Source: Nemertoderma westbladi
Lineage: Eukaryota > Animalia > Xenacoelomorpha
Reading direction: 5' to 3'
NCBI GenBank assembly: GCA_032718475.1
Contig: JAUCBJ010001861.1
Location: forward strand, 1-64,000
DNA: 64,000 bases
How positions within the stretch are numbered: position 1 is the stretch's first letter; each line of letters starts with the position of its first letter. A program made the translations under genes and the position numbers. This document shows, piece by piece, positions 41,614 to 55,080 of the stretch. The notes beneath the pieces were generated by a model. The model saw only the letters and a program-made list of their open reading frames with translations, was not told the DNA's origin and made no database searches.

Positions 41614-44600
41614 ATGGCGTTAAGATTGAATCCACCTGAGTTTAAGAAAGACTCAAAGAGTTATGAGCGTTATAAACGAGAACTATTAGCTTGGCGAGAA
41701 ATAACTGATCTTCCTAAATCTAAACAGGGTATAGCTATTGCATTATCCCTTCCAGAGGAAGGGGATTCTAAGATTAGAGAGAAAGTGTTCGATGAGATTT
41801 CCATTGAAGATTTAAAGGGCGAGGATGGACTAGGTGAACTTATAAAGTACCTAGATGAGAAGTTAGGTAAAGACGATTTAGAAGATTGTCTCGAAAAGTT
41901 TGAGGACTTCGAAGATTTCCATCGAGACGAGATTTGCAATATATCAGAATATGTTTCAATGTTTGATCAGAAATATCAGCGAATAAAGAGACTTGGTATG
42001 AGTCTCCCTCCAGAAATTTTGGCCTTTAAATTATTAAGGAGATCTGCCATTTCTATAGAAGAAAAAATGTTAGTACTCACCGGAATGGATTATTCTCAGA
42101 AGGTGACATTATATGATCAAGCACAAAAGTCTTTAAAAAAATTCATTAGCAAGGGAACATCCGGATTACAAAGTGCGGCCATTAAACTTGAACCAACCTT
42201 TCTTGCCCAAAATGAAGAGGCACTAGCGGCTGCTGGTTACTATCATTCCTCTAGGAGTAACCCTAATTGGCAACGTGGTGGTGGTGGTGGTAGAGTTCGG
42301 AGGGACGTTGGACATTTTGAATCCACAAGGCGGTATGTTCCTCCCAGTTATAAGAAAGATGCTGGTAATTTGGGCTGTTCAGGTCACCGAATTAGTGCAG
42401 TTCGAGCCCAAGACAGGAAAGTGAATCCCGCTGGTACTGATGGAAAACCTCTTACTTGTCGATGCTGTGGTTCATTTCGACATCTTTTAAGAGATTGTCC
42501 TGATAGTTGGGAAAATCTGGAGAAAGTCCACTACACTAATAATGATCACAAATTTCACGATTCTATGATGCCTGCAGAACTAAACCTGTCTGAAAAGACG
42601 ACCCCATCGGAAATATTGGAGGAGTATGATTGTGAAGATGTTCTGCTAAGTGTGTTCACTACGACCTCATCATCCACTGAGATTTATCAACTTGGCGTTG
42701 AAGCTTCCAATTGTGCTGTATTGGATAGCGCCTGTACCAGCACTGTATGTGGAAAGGATTGGATCAACAACTACATTTCCAGTTTATGCGATACTTACAG
42801 ATCCAAAATTCAATTGAATGAGGGTCACAAAATATTCAAATTTGGTGGTGGCACCAAGCTGAGATCAATTTCTGAATGTTTAATTCCAGCTTTTATAGCC
42901 GGGCGGGATGTTCAAATTCGAACAGATGTTGTAGAATCCGATATTCCACTACTGCTTTCCAGGGAATCTATGAAGCGCGCACAAATGACTTTGGACTTGA
43001 ATTCTGATGAAGCCACAGTTTTTGGCAGACGCATATCTTTAAATACTACATCAACTGGACATTACTGTATTCCAATTATGGAAGATATACCAGAAAATTA
43101 CGTCCGTGCAGTTAACTTTACTGCAATGGATGACAAGCACCTTCATCAAACTATTCTGAAATTACACCGTCAATTTGCTCATCCATCAGCCAAAAAACTG
43201 ATAAATCTCCTAAAAGATGCTAAGGTATGGCAAGATAGTTGTAAACCTATAGTTGACGATATTGTAGAACATTGTGAAGTTTGTAAGCGATTCAAAAAAT
43301 CTCCACCGATTCCCATTGTTGGACTACCAATGGCAAGTGAATTTAATCAAGTTGTGGCTATCGATCTTAAGGTTTGGGAAAAACAGTGGATACTCCATAT
43401 GGTAGACGTATGGTCTCGCTATACTGTATCCGTCTTCGTTTCAAGTAAATTACCTTGTGTCATTGTTGATAAAATGATGACTAACTGGCTTTCCATTTTC
43501 GGTATTATGGGCGGTATAATGAGTGATAATGGTGGGGAATTCAACTCAGATGAAATACGGGAAGTAGCTTCAATATTAAATGTAAATTTACATACCACAG
43601 CTGCTCGAGCACCTTATCAAAATGGATTATGTGAGCGAAATCATTCTATTACAGACCGTATGCTCAGTAAACTTAAAGAGGATAATCCTCAGATCTCAGA
43701 ACATATCTTATTGCCTTGGGCAAATATGGCTAAAAACTCTCTCCAGATGTGGAACGGTTTCAGCAGTCATCAACTTGTGTTCGGCAAAAATCCTAAATTA
43801 CCATGTACTATGACTTCAAATCCCCCAGCACTGGAAGGTTCAACCACAAGTAAAGCATTTGCTAACCATTTGAACGCCCTTCATGCAACTAGAGAAGCTT
43901 TTGTACAATCTGAAGCTGATGAGCGTATTCGTAGAGCTTTGAGACATAAAGTACGAGCATCAGAACAGACTTTTCAGAATGGCGATCTTGTTTATTATAA
44001 ACATGATAGTAAAAATAGATGGCTGGGCCCTGCCAAAGTGGTTTTTCAGGATGGCAAGGTGGTGTTCGTGCGTCACGGAGGTGTATTCATTCGTCTTTCT
44101 CCTAATCGTCTCATTGCTATTAATTCACTTGAACAAATTCCCGCAGTTCAAGTTCCTGATGACTTCAAGCCAGAGGCAGTTTCCAAACTTGTGGATAACA
44201 ATTGTGGCACAATAAGAAATACAGCAGCTCTGACACCAGTATTAAAGCATACTGTACCAACCAGTTCAACTGGAATCAACAATTGCGGTCTTCAGGAAAT
44301 GATCTCGACAATTGTGCCATCTAACAAAGACACAAATGTAGACAATAACTCAAACAATCTAAAGTCTAAACAAAAATCCACAAATAACGTGAACTCCTTG
44401 CCACATTCAGCACAATGTATTAAATTTCTTGATCATGACACACAGCAATGGCTTACAGCGACTGTTATGGGTCGTGCTGGTAAAGCATCAGGAAAGTATA
44501 GGGATTGGTTTAACGTGGAGGAGTCTAATGGAGTTTAGAGGTGCATCGACTTTGGTTCTAACCCTTGGATCCAAGGTGATGCGACTAATGAAGTAAATTT

Positions 44601-46104
44601 AGTTCTCATTCCCAGAAAAGATCAGTCTTCTCCTGAGTGCCAACAAGCAAAATTAGAGGAGCTACAAAAATTGAGAGATTTTGAAGTCTATCAAGAGCTA
44701 CCTTTCAACGGACAACCATGCATATCGACGCGGTGGGTTCTATGGCATAAGGGAACAGAGATTCGTGCCCGTCTAGTTGCCAGAGGATTTGAAGAGCAAA
44801 TTGAGGTAGCTACAGACTCTCCTACAGTTGCAAAATGTACACTTCGTACATTTTTGGCTATCGTTTCCAGTAAAAAATGGGTTCTAAAAACAACTGACAT
44901 AAAATCTGCCTTTCTCCAAGGTGAATCCCTAGTACGTGATGTCTTCCTCAATCCACCCCAGGAGGCTGATGCGCCGTTGGGATATATTTGGCGATTAAAT
45001 AAGTGCTTGTATGGTTTGAATGACGCAGCTCGTCAGTTCTACAATAGTGTGGTAGAAGAGATGTTGACCCTCGGTTGCAGCCAATCTCCATTAGACCCTG
45101 CTCTATTTTATTTTAGAGAGGATGGCAATCTTTCCGGTATTTTAGTCTCACACATTGACGATTTCCTGCATGCAGGAAATCAAAACTTCGAGTCAAAAGT
45201 TATACACAATCTCACCAACAGATTTCTTGCGGGAAAGGAAGCAGCTAATCAATTTACTTACGTTGGTTTTGAATTATGTCAGCTTCCTAATGAGATAATT
45301 TTAAACCAGGAATCATACTTAAAGAATATTGAGATAAAAGACATACCATTATCATTGAGCAAGTCCACAAAAAATGAAAATTTAGGCCCATCTGACCTTA
45401 CCATGTACCGGTCTCTAGTTGGTAAACTTAATTGGCTCGTGCAAGGGTCTCGCCCAGACTGGTCCTTTGAGCTAATAGATCTTAGCACACACTTCAGGGA
45501 TGCTCGAATGGAACACTTATTGCGAATCAGAAAAATTTTGCTAAATGTCAAAGATAGAAATGCTTTCATTGTGTTCCCAAACTTAGGTAACCCAATCAAT
45601 TGGTATCTAATTTTATTTACTGATGCTTCATTAGCTAATCTAGCAGACGGAATGAGCAGTACTATGGCATTTGTTCTGTATCTAGTTGGCATAGATAATC
45701 GCTCCTGTCCTCTTTCTTGGAATGTTTGCAAGATTAAACGCGTTGTCCGGTCTACGATAGCTGCAGAGGCGTTAAGTCTTCAAGAAGGTCTAGAGCAATC
45801 GATATACACAAGAGGTGTCATTAGAGAAATAATTGGTGATGGTGATTCTTTAAAGATACCCATCCGCGCGTATGTCGACAACAAGAGTGTCGTTGAAGCC
45901 ATTCACTCAACGAAATTGGTTGATGACAAGCGACTACGAATCGATATTGGGGCTATAAAACAATCCCTAGAGAAGGGTGAAGTTGAATATGTGCGTTGGT
46001 GCCCAGGTTCCATGCAAATCGCAGATTGTTTGACAAAAAAAGGAGCATCCGGATTTCATCTCCTGGAGAGTATACAACATGGTCGAATTGACTTTCTACG
46101 ATAA
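41614..46104 (+). pseudogene. Copia gag-pol polyprotein interrupted by one in-frame TAG (44536-44538)
   Basis: Zn knuckle CRCCGSFRHLLRDC; protease VLDSACTSTV; integrase HRQFAH...CEVC, SDNGGEF, NGLCER; RT RARLVARGF, DIKSAFLQG, LYGLNDAAR, HIDDF; RNase H FTDAS, AAEALS, VDNKS, IADCLTK. ORFs 41614 and 44671 share a frame with no other stop between them. Confidence 0.9.
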
Positions 46105-46448
46105 TGTAACGATTTGTCAGTAGACTATGTTATAAACCATTGGAGTGTAACTCACATGTGATTGATATTTAGAACAACAACAAAAAAAAAACATAATTTA
46201 TACTAATCTATGATTGAATCTCTAGGATGAATATCTACATATATTTAGGATAAAGAAGGACTAAAAAAAAAGTATTTGTATTAATGTTAATATCTATGAT
46301 ATGTGTAAAATGTATAATTGTAGTAACGTGTGCAACGAACAAGTTCTAGAATAGTTAGTTTTAATATATTCTGGATTGTATTGCGTGAAAGTGTTTGTTG
46401 ATAATAAATAAGCGTTGTGGTATAATATAGCAGTATTTAGTATTAACA

Positions 46449-49400
46449 ACTTCCCCACTGACCTTGAGTTTAGCGACTAGTTTTTTACGTTCTCTCCTCG
46501 ACTTACTATACGTCACTTCCCCACTCACCTTGAGTTTAGCGACTAGTTTTTTACGTTCTCTCCTCGACTTACTATACGTCACTTCCCCACTGACCTTGAG
46601 TTTAGCGACTAGTTTTTTACGTTCTCTCCTCGACTTACTATACGTCACTTCCCCACTCACCTTGAGTTTAGCGACTAGTTTTTTACGTTCTCTCCTCGAC
46701 TTACCTTACGTCACTTCCCCACTCACCTTGAGTTTAGCGACTAGTTTTTTACGTTCTCTCCTCGACTTACCTTACGTCACTTCCCCACTCACCTTGAGTT
46801 TAGCGACTAGTTTTTTACGTTCTCTCCTCGACTTACCTTACGTCACTTCCCCACTCACCTTGAGTTTAGCGACTAGTTTTTTACGTTCTCTCCTCGACTT
46901 ACTATACGTCACTTCCCCACTCACCTTGAGTTTAGCGACTAGTTTTTTACGTTCTCTCCTCAACTTACTATACGTCACTTCCCCACTCACCTTGAGTTTA
47001 GCGACTAGTTTTTTACATTCTCTCCTCGACTTACTATACGTCACTTCCCCACTCACCTTGAGTTTAGCGACTAGTTTTTTACGTTCTCTCCTCGACTTAC
47101 TATACGTCACTTCCCCACTCACCTTGAGTTTAGCGACTAGTTTTTTACGCTCTCTCCTCGACTTACTATACGTCACTTCTCCACTCACCTTGAGTTTAGC
47201 GACTAGTTTTTTACGTTCTCTCCTCAACTTACTATACGTCACTTCCCCACTCACCTTGAGTTTAGCGACTAGTTTTTTACGTTCTCTCCTCGACTTACTA
47301 TACGTCACTTCCCCACTCACCTTGAGTTTAGCGACTAGTTTTTTACGTTCTCTCCTCAACTTACTATACGTCACTTCTCCACTCACCTTGAGTTTAGCGA
47401 CTAGTTTTTTACGTTCTCTCCTCGACTTACTATATGTCACTTCCCCACTGACCTTGAGTTTAGCGACTAGTTTTTTACGTTATCTCCTCGACTTACTATA
47501 CGTCACTTCCCCACTCACCTTGAGTTTAGCGACTAGTTTTTTACGTTCTCTCCTCAACTTACTATACGTCACTTCCCCACTCACCTTGAGTTTAGCGACT
47601 AGTTTTTTACGTTCTCTCCTCGACTTACTATACGTCACTTCCCCACTCACCTTGAGTTTAGCGACTAGTTTTTTATGTTCTCTCCTCGACTTACTATACG
47701 TCACTTCCCCACTCACCTTGAGTTTAGCGACTAGTTTTTTACGTTCTCTCCTCGACTTACTATACGTCACTTCCCCACTCACCTTGAGTTTAGCGACTAG
47801 TTTTTTACATTATCTCCTCGACTTACTATACGTCACTTCCCCACTCACCTTGAGTTTAGCGACTAGTTTTTTACGTTCTCTCCTCGACTTACTATACGTC
47901 ACTTCCCCACTCACCTTGAGTTTAGCGACGAAGTTTTTTACGTTCTCTCCTCGACTTACTATACGTCACTTACCCACTCACCTTGAGTTTAGCGACTAGT
48001 TTTTTACGTTCTCTCCTCGACTTACTATACGTCACTTCCCCACTCACCTTGAGTTTAGCGACTAGTTTTTTACGTTCTCTCCTCGACTTACTATACGTCA
48101 CTTCCCCACTCACCTTGAGTTTAGCGACTAGTTTTTTACGTTCTCTCCTCGACTTACTATACGTCACTTCCCCACTCACCTTGAGTTTAGCGACTAGTTT
48201 TTTACGTTCTCTCCTCGACTTACTATACGTCACTTCCCCACTCACCTTGAGTTTAGCGACTAGTTTTTTACGTTCTCTCCTCGACTTACTATACGTCACT
48301 TCCCCACTCACCTTGAGTTTAGCGACTAGTTTTTTACGTTCTCTCCTCAACTTACTATACGTCACTTCCCCACTCACCTTGAGTTTAGCGACTAGTTTTT
48401 TACGTTCTCTCCTCGACTTACCTTACGTCACTTCCCCACTCACCTTGAGTTTAGCGACTAGTTTTTTACGTTCTCTCCTCGACTTACCTTACGTCACTTC
48501 CCCACTCACCTTGAGTTTAGCGACTAGTTTTTTACGTTCTCTCCTCGACTTACTATACGTCACTTCCCCACTCACCTTGAGTTTAGCGACTAGTTTTTTT
48601 ACGTTCTCTCCTCGACTTACTATACGTCACTTCCCCACTGACCTTGAGTTTAGCGACTAGTTTTTTACGTTCTCTCCTCGACTTACCTTACGTCACTTCC
48701 CCACTCACCTTGAGTTTAGTGACTAGTTTTTTACGTTCTCTCCTCGACTTACCTTACGTCACTTCCCCACTGACCTTGAGTTTAGCGACTAGTTTTTTAC
48801 ATTCTCTCCTCGACTTACTATACGTCACTTCCCCACTGACCTTGAGTTTAGCGACTAGTTTTTTACATTCTCTCCTCGACTTACTATACGTCACTTCCCC
48901 ACTCACCTTGAGTTTAGCGACTAGTTTTTTTACGTTCTCTCCTCGACTTACTATACGTCACTTCCCCACTGACCTTGAGTTTAGCGACTAGTTTTTTACG
49001 TTCTCTCCTCGACTTACCTTACGTCACTTCCCCACTCACCTTGAGTTTAGTGACTAGTTTTTTACGTTCTCTCCTCGACTTACCTTACGTCACTTCCCCA
49101 CTGACCTTGAGTTTAGCGACTAGTTTTTTACATTCTCTCCTCGACTTACTATACGTCACTTCCCCACTGACCTTGAGTTTAGCGACTAGTTTTTTACATT
49201 CTCTCCTCGACTTACTATACGTCACTTCCCCACTCACCTTGAGTTTAGCGACTAGTTTTTTACGTTCTCTCCTCGACTTACTATACGTCACTTCCCCACT
49301 CACCTTGAGTTTAGCGACTAGTTTTTTACGTTCTCTCCTCGACTTACTATACGTCACTTCCCCACTCACCTTGAGTTTAGCGACTAGTTTTTTACGTTCT

Positions 49401-52400
49401 CTCCTCGACTTACTATACGTCACTTCCCCACTCACCTTGAGTTTAGCGACTAGTTTTTTACGTTCTCTCCTCGACTTACTATACGTCACTTCCCCACTCA
49501 CCTTGAGTTTAGCGACTAGTTTTTTACGTTCTCTCCTCGACTTACTATACGTCACTTCCTCACTGACCTTGAGTTTAGCGACTAGTTTTTTACGTTCTCT
49601 CCTCGACTTACTATACGTCACTTCCCCACTCACCTTGAGTTTAGCGACTAGTTTTTTACGTTCTCTCCTCGACTTACTATACGTCACTTCCCCACTCACC
49701 TTGAGTTTAGCGACTAGTTTTTTACGTTCTCTCCTCGACTTACTATACGTCACTTCCCCACTCACCTTGAGTTTAGCAACTAGTTTTTTACGTTCTCTCC
49801 TCGACTTACTATACGTCACTTCTCCACTCACCTTGAGTTTAGCGACTAGTTTTTTACGTTCTCTCCTCGACTTACTATACGTCACTTCCCCACTGACCTT
49901 GAGTTTAGCGACTAGTTTTTTACGTTCTCTCCTCGACTTACTATACGTCACTTCCTCACTCACCTTGAGTTTAGCGACTAGTTTTTTACGTTCTCTCCTC
50001 GACTTACTATATGTCACTTCCCCACTCACCTTGAGTTTAGCGACTAGTTTTTTACGTTCTCTCCTCGACTTACTATACGTCACTTCCCCACTGACCTTGA
50101 GTTTAGCGACTAGTTTTTTACGTTCTCTCCTCGACTTACTATACGTCACTTCCCCACTCACCTTGAGTTTAGCGACTAGTTTTTTACGTTCTCTCCTCGA
50201 CTTACTATACGTCACTTCCCCACTCACCTTGAGTTTAGCGACTAGTTTTTTACGTTCTCTCCTCGACTTACTATGCGTCACTTCCCCACTCACCTTGAGT
50301 TTAGCGACTAGTTTTTTACGTTCTCTCCTCGACTTACTATACGTCACTTCCCCACTCACCTTGAGTTTAGCGACTAGTTTTTTACGTTCTCTCCTCGACT
50401 TACTATACGTCACTTCCCCACTCACCTTGAGTTTAGCGACTAGTTTTTTTACGTTCTCTCCTCGACTTACTATACGTCACTTCCCCACTCACCTTGAGTT
50501 TAGCGACTAGTTTTTTACGCTCTCTCCTCGACTTACTATACGTCACTTCCCCACTCACCTTGAGTTTAGCGACTAGTTTTTTACGTTCTCTCCTCGACTT
50601 ACTATACGTCACTTCCCCACTGACCTTGAGTTTAGCGACTAGTTTTTTACGTTCTCTCCTCGACTTACTATACGTCACTTCCCCACTCACCTTGAGTTTA
50701 GCGACTAGTTTTTTACGCTCTCTCTTCGACTTACTATACGTCACTTCCCCACTCACCTTGAGTTTAGCGACTAGTTTTTTACGTTCTCTCCTCGACTTAC
50801 TATACGTCACTTCCCCACTCACCTTGAGTTTAGCGACTAGTTTTTTACGTTCTCTCCTCGACTTACTATACGTCACTTCCCAACTCACCTTGAGTTTAGC
50901 GACTAGTTTTTTACGTTCTCTCCTCGACTTACTATACGTCACTTCCCCACTCACCTTGAGTTTAGCGACTAGTTTTTTACGTTCTCTCCTCGACTTACTA
51001 TACGTCACTTCCCCACTCACCTTGAGTTTAGCGACTAGTTTTTTACGCTCTCTCCTCGACTTACTATACGTCACTTCCCCACTCACCTTGAGTTTAGCGA
51101 CTAGTTTTTTACGTTCTCTCCTCGACTTACTATACGTCACTTCCCCACTCACCTTGAGTTTAGCGACTAGTTTTTTACGTTCTCTCCTCGACTTACTATA
51201 CGTCACTTCCCCACTCACCTTGAGTTTAGCGATTAGTTTTTTACGTTCTCTCCTCGACTTACTATACGTCACTTCCCCACTCACCTTGAGTTTAGCGACT
51301 AGTTTTTTACGCTCTCTCCTCGACTTACTATACTTCACTTCCCCACTCACCTTGAGTTTAGCGACTAGTTTTTTACGTTCTCTCCTCGACTTACTATACG
51401 TCACTTCCCCACTCACCTTGAGTTTAGCGACTAGTTTTTTACGTTCTCTCCTCGACTTACTATACGTCACTTCCCCACTCACCTTGAGTTTAGCGACTAG
51501 TTTTTTACGTTCTCTCCTCGACTTACTATACGTCACTTCCCCACTCACCTTGAGTTTAGCGACTAGTTTTTTACGTTCTCTCCTCGACTTACTATACGTC
51601 ACTTCCCCACTCACCTTGAGTTTAGCGACTAGTTTTTTACATTCTCTCCTCGACTTACTATACGTCACTTCCCCACTCACCTTGAGTTTAGCGACTAGTT
51701 TTTTACGTTCTCTCCTCAACTTACCTTACGTCACTTCCCCACTCACCTTGAGTTTAGCGACTAGTTTTTACGTTCTCTCCTCGACTTACTATACGTCACT
51801 TCCCCACTCACCTTGAGTTTAGCGACTAGTTTTTTACGTTCTCTCCTCGACTTACTATACGTCACTTCCCCACTGACCTTGAGTTTAGCGACTAGTTTTT
51901 TACGTTCTCTCCTCGACTTACTATACGTCACTTCCCCACTCACCTTGAGTTTAGCGACTAGTTTTTTACGTTCTCTCCTCGACTTACTATACGTCACTTC
52001 CCCACTCATCTTGAGTTTAGCAACTAGTTTTTTACGTTCTCTCCTCGACTTACTATACGTCACTTCCCCACTCACCTTGAGTTTAGCGACTAGTTTTTTA
52101 CGTTCTCTCCTCGACTTACTATACGTCACTTCCCCACTCACCTTGAGTTTAGCGACTAGTTTTTTTACGTTCTCTCCTCGACTTACTATACGTCACTTCC
52201 CCACTCACCTTGAGTTTAGCGACTAGTTTTTTACGCTCTCTCCTCGACTTACTATACGTCACTTCCCCACTCACCTTGAGTTTAGCGACTAGTTTTTTAC
52301 GTTCTCTCCTCGACTTACTATACGTCACTTCCCCACTGACCTTGAGTTTAGCGACTAGTTTTTTACGTTCTCTCCTCGACTTACTATACGTCACTTCCCC

Positions 52401-53234
52401 ACTCACCTTGAGTTTAGCGACTAGTTTTTTACGCTCTCTCCTCGACTTACTATACGTCACTTCCCCACTCACCTTGAGTTTAGCGACTAGTTTTTTACGT
52501 TCTCTCCTCGACTTACTATACGTCACTTCCCCACTCACCTTGAGTTTAGCGACTAGTTTTTTACGTTCTCTCCTCGACTTACTATACGTCACTTCCCCAC
52601 TCACCTTGAGTTTAGCGACTTGTTTTTTACGTTCTCTCCTCGACTTACTATACGTCACTTCCCCACTCACCTTGAGTTTAGCGACTAGTTTTTTACGTTC
52701 TCTCCTCGACTTACTATACGTCACTTCCCCACTCACCTTGAGTTTAGCGACTAGTTTTTTACGTTCTCTCCTCGACTTACTATATGTCACTTCCCCATTC
52801 ACCTTGAGTTTAGTGACTAGTTTTTTACGCTCTCTCCTCGACTTACTATACGTCACTTCCCCACTCACCTTGAGTTTAGCGACTAGTTTTTTTACGTTCT
52901 CTCCTCGACTTACTATACGTCACTTCCCCACTCACCTTGAGTTTAGCGACTAGTTTTTTACGTTCTCTCCTCGACTTACTATACGTCACTTCCCCACTCA
53001 CCTTGAGTTTAGCGACTAGTTTTTTACGTTCTCTCCTCGACTTACTATACGTCACTTCCCCACTCACCTTGAGTTTAGCGACTAGTTTTTTACGCTCTCT
53101 CCTCGACTTACTATACGTCACTTCCCCACTCACCTTGAGTTTAGCGACTAGTTTTTTACGTTCTCTCCTCGACTTACTATACGTCACTTCCCCACTCACC
53201 TTGAGTTTAGCGACTAGTTTTTTACGTTCTCTCC
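46449..53234 (-). repeat. 66-bp satellite (about 103 copies here) made of the PRP4K exon-end/5' splice-site junction
   Basis: Minus unit GGAGAGAACGTAAAAAACTAGTCGCTAAACTCAAG|GTGAGTggggaagtgacgtatagtaagtcga; the first copy is the real donor at 53200/53199. Confidence 0.97.
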
Positions 53235-53315
53235 GTCTTCTTTCGATTATAGCTTCTTCGTCTTCAAAATCCACATCATCGTCTATCGGCTCATCCGATT
53301 CGGGAGCTCGTTGAC
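53200..53315 (-). CDS. PRPF4B: PRP4 kinase exon (GQRAPESDEPIDDDVDFEDEEAIIERRRRERKKLVAKLK)
   Basis: EDEEA.IE.RR..R..+V.K motif conserved in PRP4K; acceptor cttctccttcaag|, donor AAG|GTGAGT; phase 1 to phase 0. Confidence 0.9.
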
Positions 53316-53329
53316 CTTGAAGGAGAAGA

Positions 53330-54317
53330 ATAGGATCAACTGATAGGATCAACTGATATGATCAACTGATAGGATCAACTGATAGAATCAACTGATAGGA
53401 TCAACTGATAGGATCAACTGATAGGATCAACTGATAGGATCAACTGATAGGATCAACTGATAGGATCAACTGATAGGATCAAGTGATAGGATCAACTGAT
53501 AGGATCAACTGATAGGATCAACTGATAGGATCAACTGATAGGATCAACTTATATGATCAACTGATAGGATCAACTGATAGGATCAACTGATAGGATCAAC
53601 TGATAGGATCAACTGATAGGATCAACTGATAGGATCAACTGATAGGATCAACTGATAGGATCAACTGATAGAATCAACTGATAGGATCAACTGATAGAAT
53701 CAACTGATAGGATCAACTTATATGATCAACTGACAGGATCAACTGATAGGATCAACTGATAGAATCAACTGATAGGATCAACTGATAGGATCAACTTATA
53801 TGATCAACTGATAGGATCAACTGATAGGATCAACTGATAGGATCAACTGATAGGATCAACTGATAGGATCCACTGATAGGATCAACTGATAGGATCAACT
53901 GATAGGATCAACTGATAGGATCAACTGATAGGATCAACTAATAGGATCAACTGATAGGATCAACTTATATGATCAACTGATAGGATCAACTGATAGGATC
54001 AACTGATAGGATCAACTGATAGGATCAACTGATAGGATCAACTGATAGGATCAACTGATAGGATCAACTGATAGGATCAACTGATAGGATCAACTGATAG
54101 GATCAACTGATAGAATCAACTGATAGGATCAAATGATAGAATCAACTGATAGGATCAACTTATATGATCAACTGATAGGATCAACTGATAGGATCAACTG
54201 ATAGAATCAACTGATAGGATCAACTGATAGGATCAACTTATATGATCAACTGATAGGATCAACTGATAGGATCAACTGATAGGATCAACTGATAGGATCA
54301 ACTGATAGGATCAACTG
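53330..54317 (-). repeat. 13-bp satellite (about 76 copies) abutting the polypyrimidine tract and containing the likely branch point
   Basis: Plus unit ataggatcaactg; minus unit cagTTGATcctat; the A of the last TTGAT lies 21 nt before the exon start at 53315. Confidence 0.95.
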
Positions 54318-54556
54318 TTGTTATTTATATAGTTTGTAATAATAAAATAATTTGATGGTAATATTACATATATATGGAGATAGAAAACAGGACGAGGACA
54401 GGAAGTGTAATTACATAATTACTAAACAAATAATATACATAATTACATATGAAGCGGATGTAGTTTAGGATATTTCGTAAAACTACGGAAAGCGCCTTTA
54501 TTAATCGGGATATAAAGATTCCAAAATCTCTTTGTAATACGAATCTGTAAGTTTAC

Positions 54557-54831
54557 CTTCGCTATTTTTACGTTTGCGTTCAGTTTTATGTTCCCTATGC
54601 GATCTTCTCTCATTGTCATCCCGTTTCTCGCCATGCCTCTTCGAACGATCGCCATCCCTGCTATACCTGCTGTCTCTGTGGTCCCGATCCGTTCTGCCAC
54701 TACTATATCGGCGGTCATTAACCCAGTTACCAGACGGTCGGTTGCTATAGTAACGTTGATCAACCCCGTCTCTGTAATTATAGTTCCAGCTTTGCCTGTT
54801 TCCCCATCCCATCGAGTTATGGTCTCTATAC
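54557..54831 (-). CDS. PRPF4B: PRP4 kinase exon, R/D/S-rich N-terminal region (RYRDHNSMG...RKRKNSE)
   Basis: Acceptor ttttttcag|, donor GAAG|GTAAAC; phase 2 to phase 1 consistent with neighbours; RS/RD-rich composition. Confidence 0.75.
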
Positions 54832-54981
54832 CTGAAAAAATAAAAGTTAAAAGAGACTGAAAGACGTGGGGCCAATATTAAAAAATAGATAACAGAATTA
54901 GTTACCACCAGCACTAGTGTAGCATGGAACACTACGACTACGGAGCAACGTGTACAGGTAAAATGATAATAACAACTAGAC

Positions 54982-55080
54982 CTGTAATCTGACCCAGACC
55001 GATGCCAATTGTCTCTCCTCTGATTGGCTGGAGAACGACGGCGTCCACCATCATCATCCCTTCTGCTCCTCAACGGTTCC
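54982..55080 (-). CDS. PRPF4B: PRP4 kinase exon (REPLRSRRDDDGGRRRSPANQRRDNWHRSGSDY)
   Basis: Acceptor ggttacag|, donor CAG|GTCTAG; 99 nt, phase 2 to phase 2; RRRSP motif. Confidence 0.7.

Larger units (their letters stand above)
41293..46448 (+). mobile_element. Full-length Ty1/copia LTR retrotransposon (GalEa-clade-like)
   Basis: 164-bp LTRs at 41293-41456 and 46285-46448 (TG...CA, 2 visible mismatches); 5-bp TSD ACTTC at 41288-41292 and 46449-46453; PBS TGGTAGCAGAG at 41458-41468; domain order gag-PR-IN-RT-RH. Confidence 0.95.

Noticed and set aside
39037-53314. Plus-strand Leu-rich periodic ORFs (SLATSFLRSLLDLLYVTSPLTL) resembling LRR proteins
   Set aside because: Antisense translation of the 66-bp donor satellite, with non-ATG starts and frequent frameshifts.
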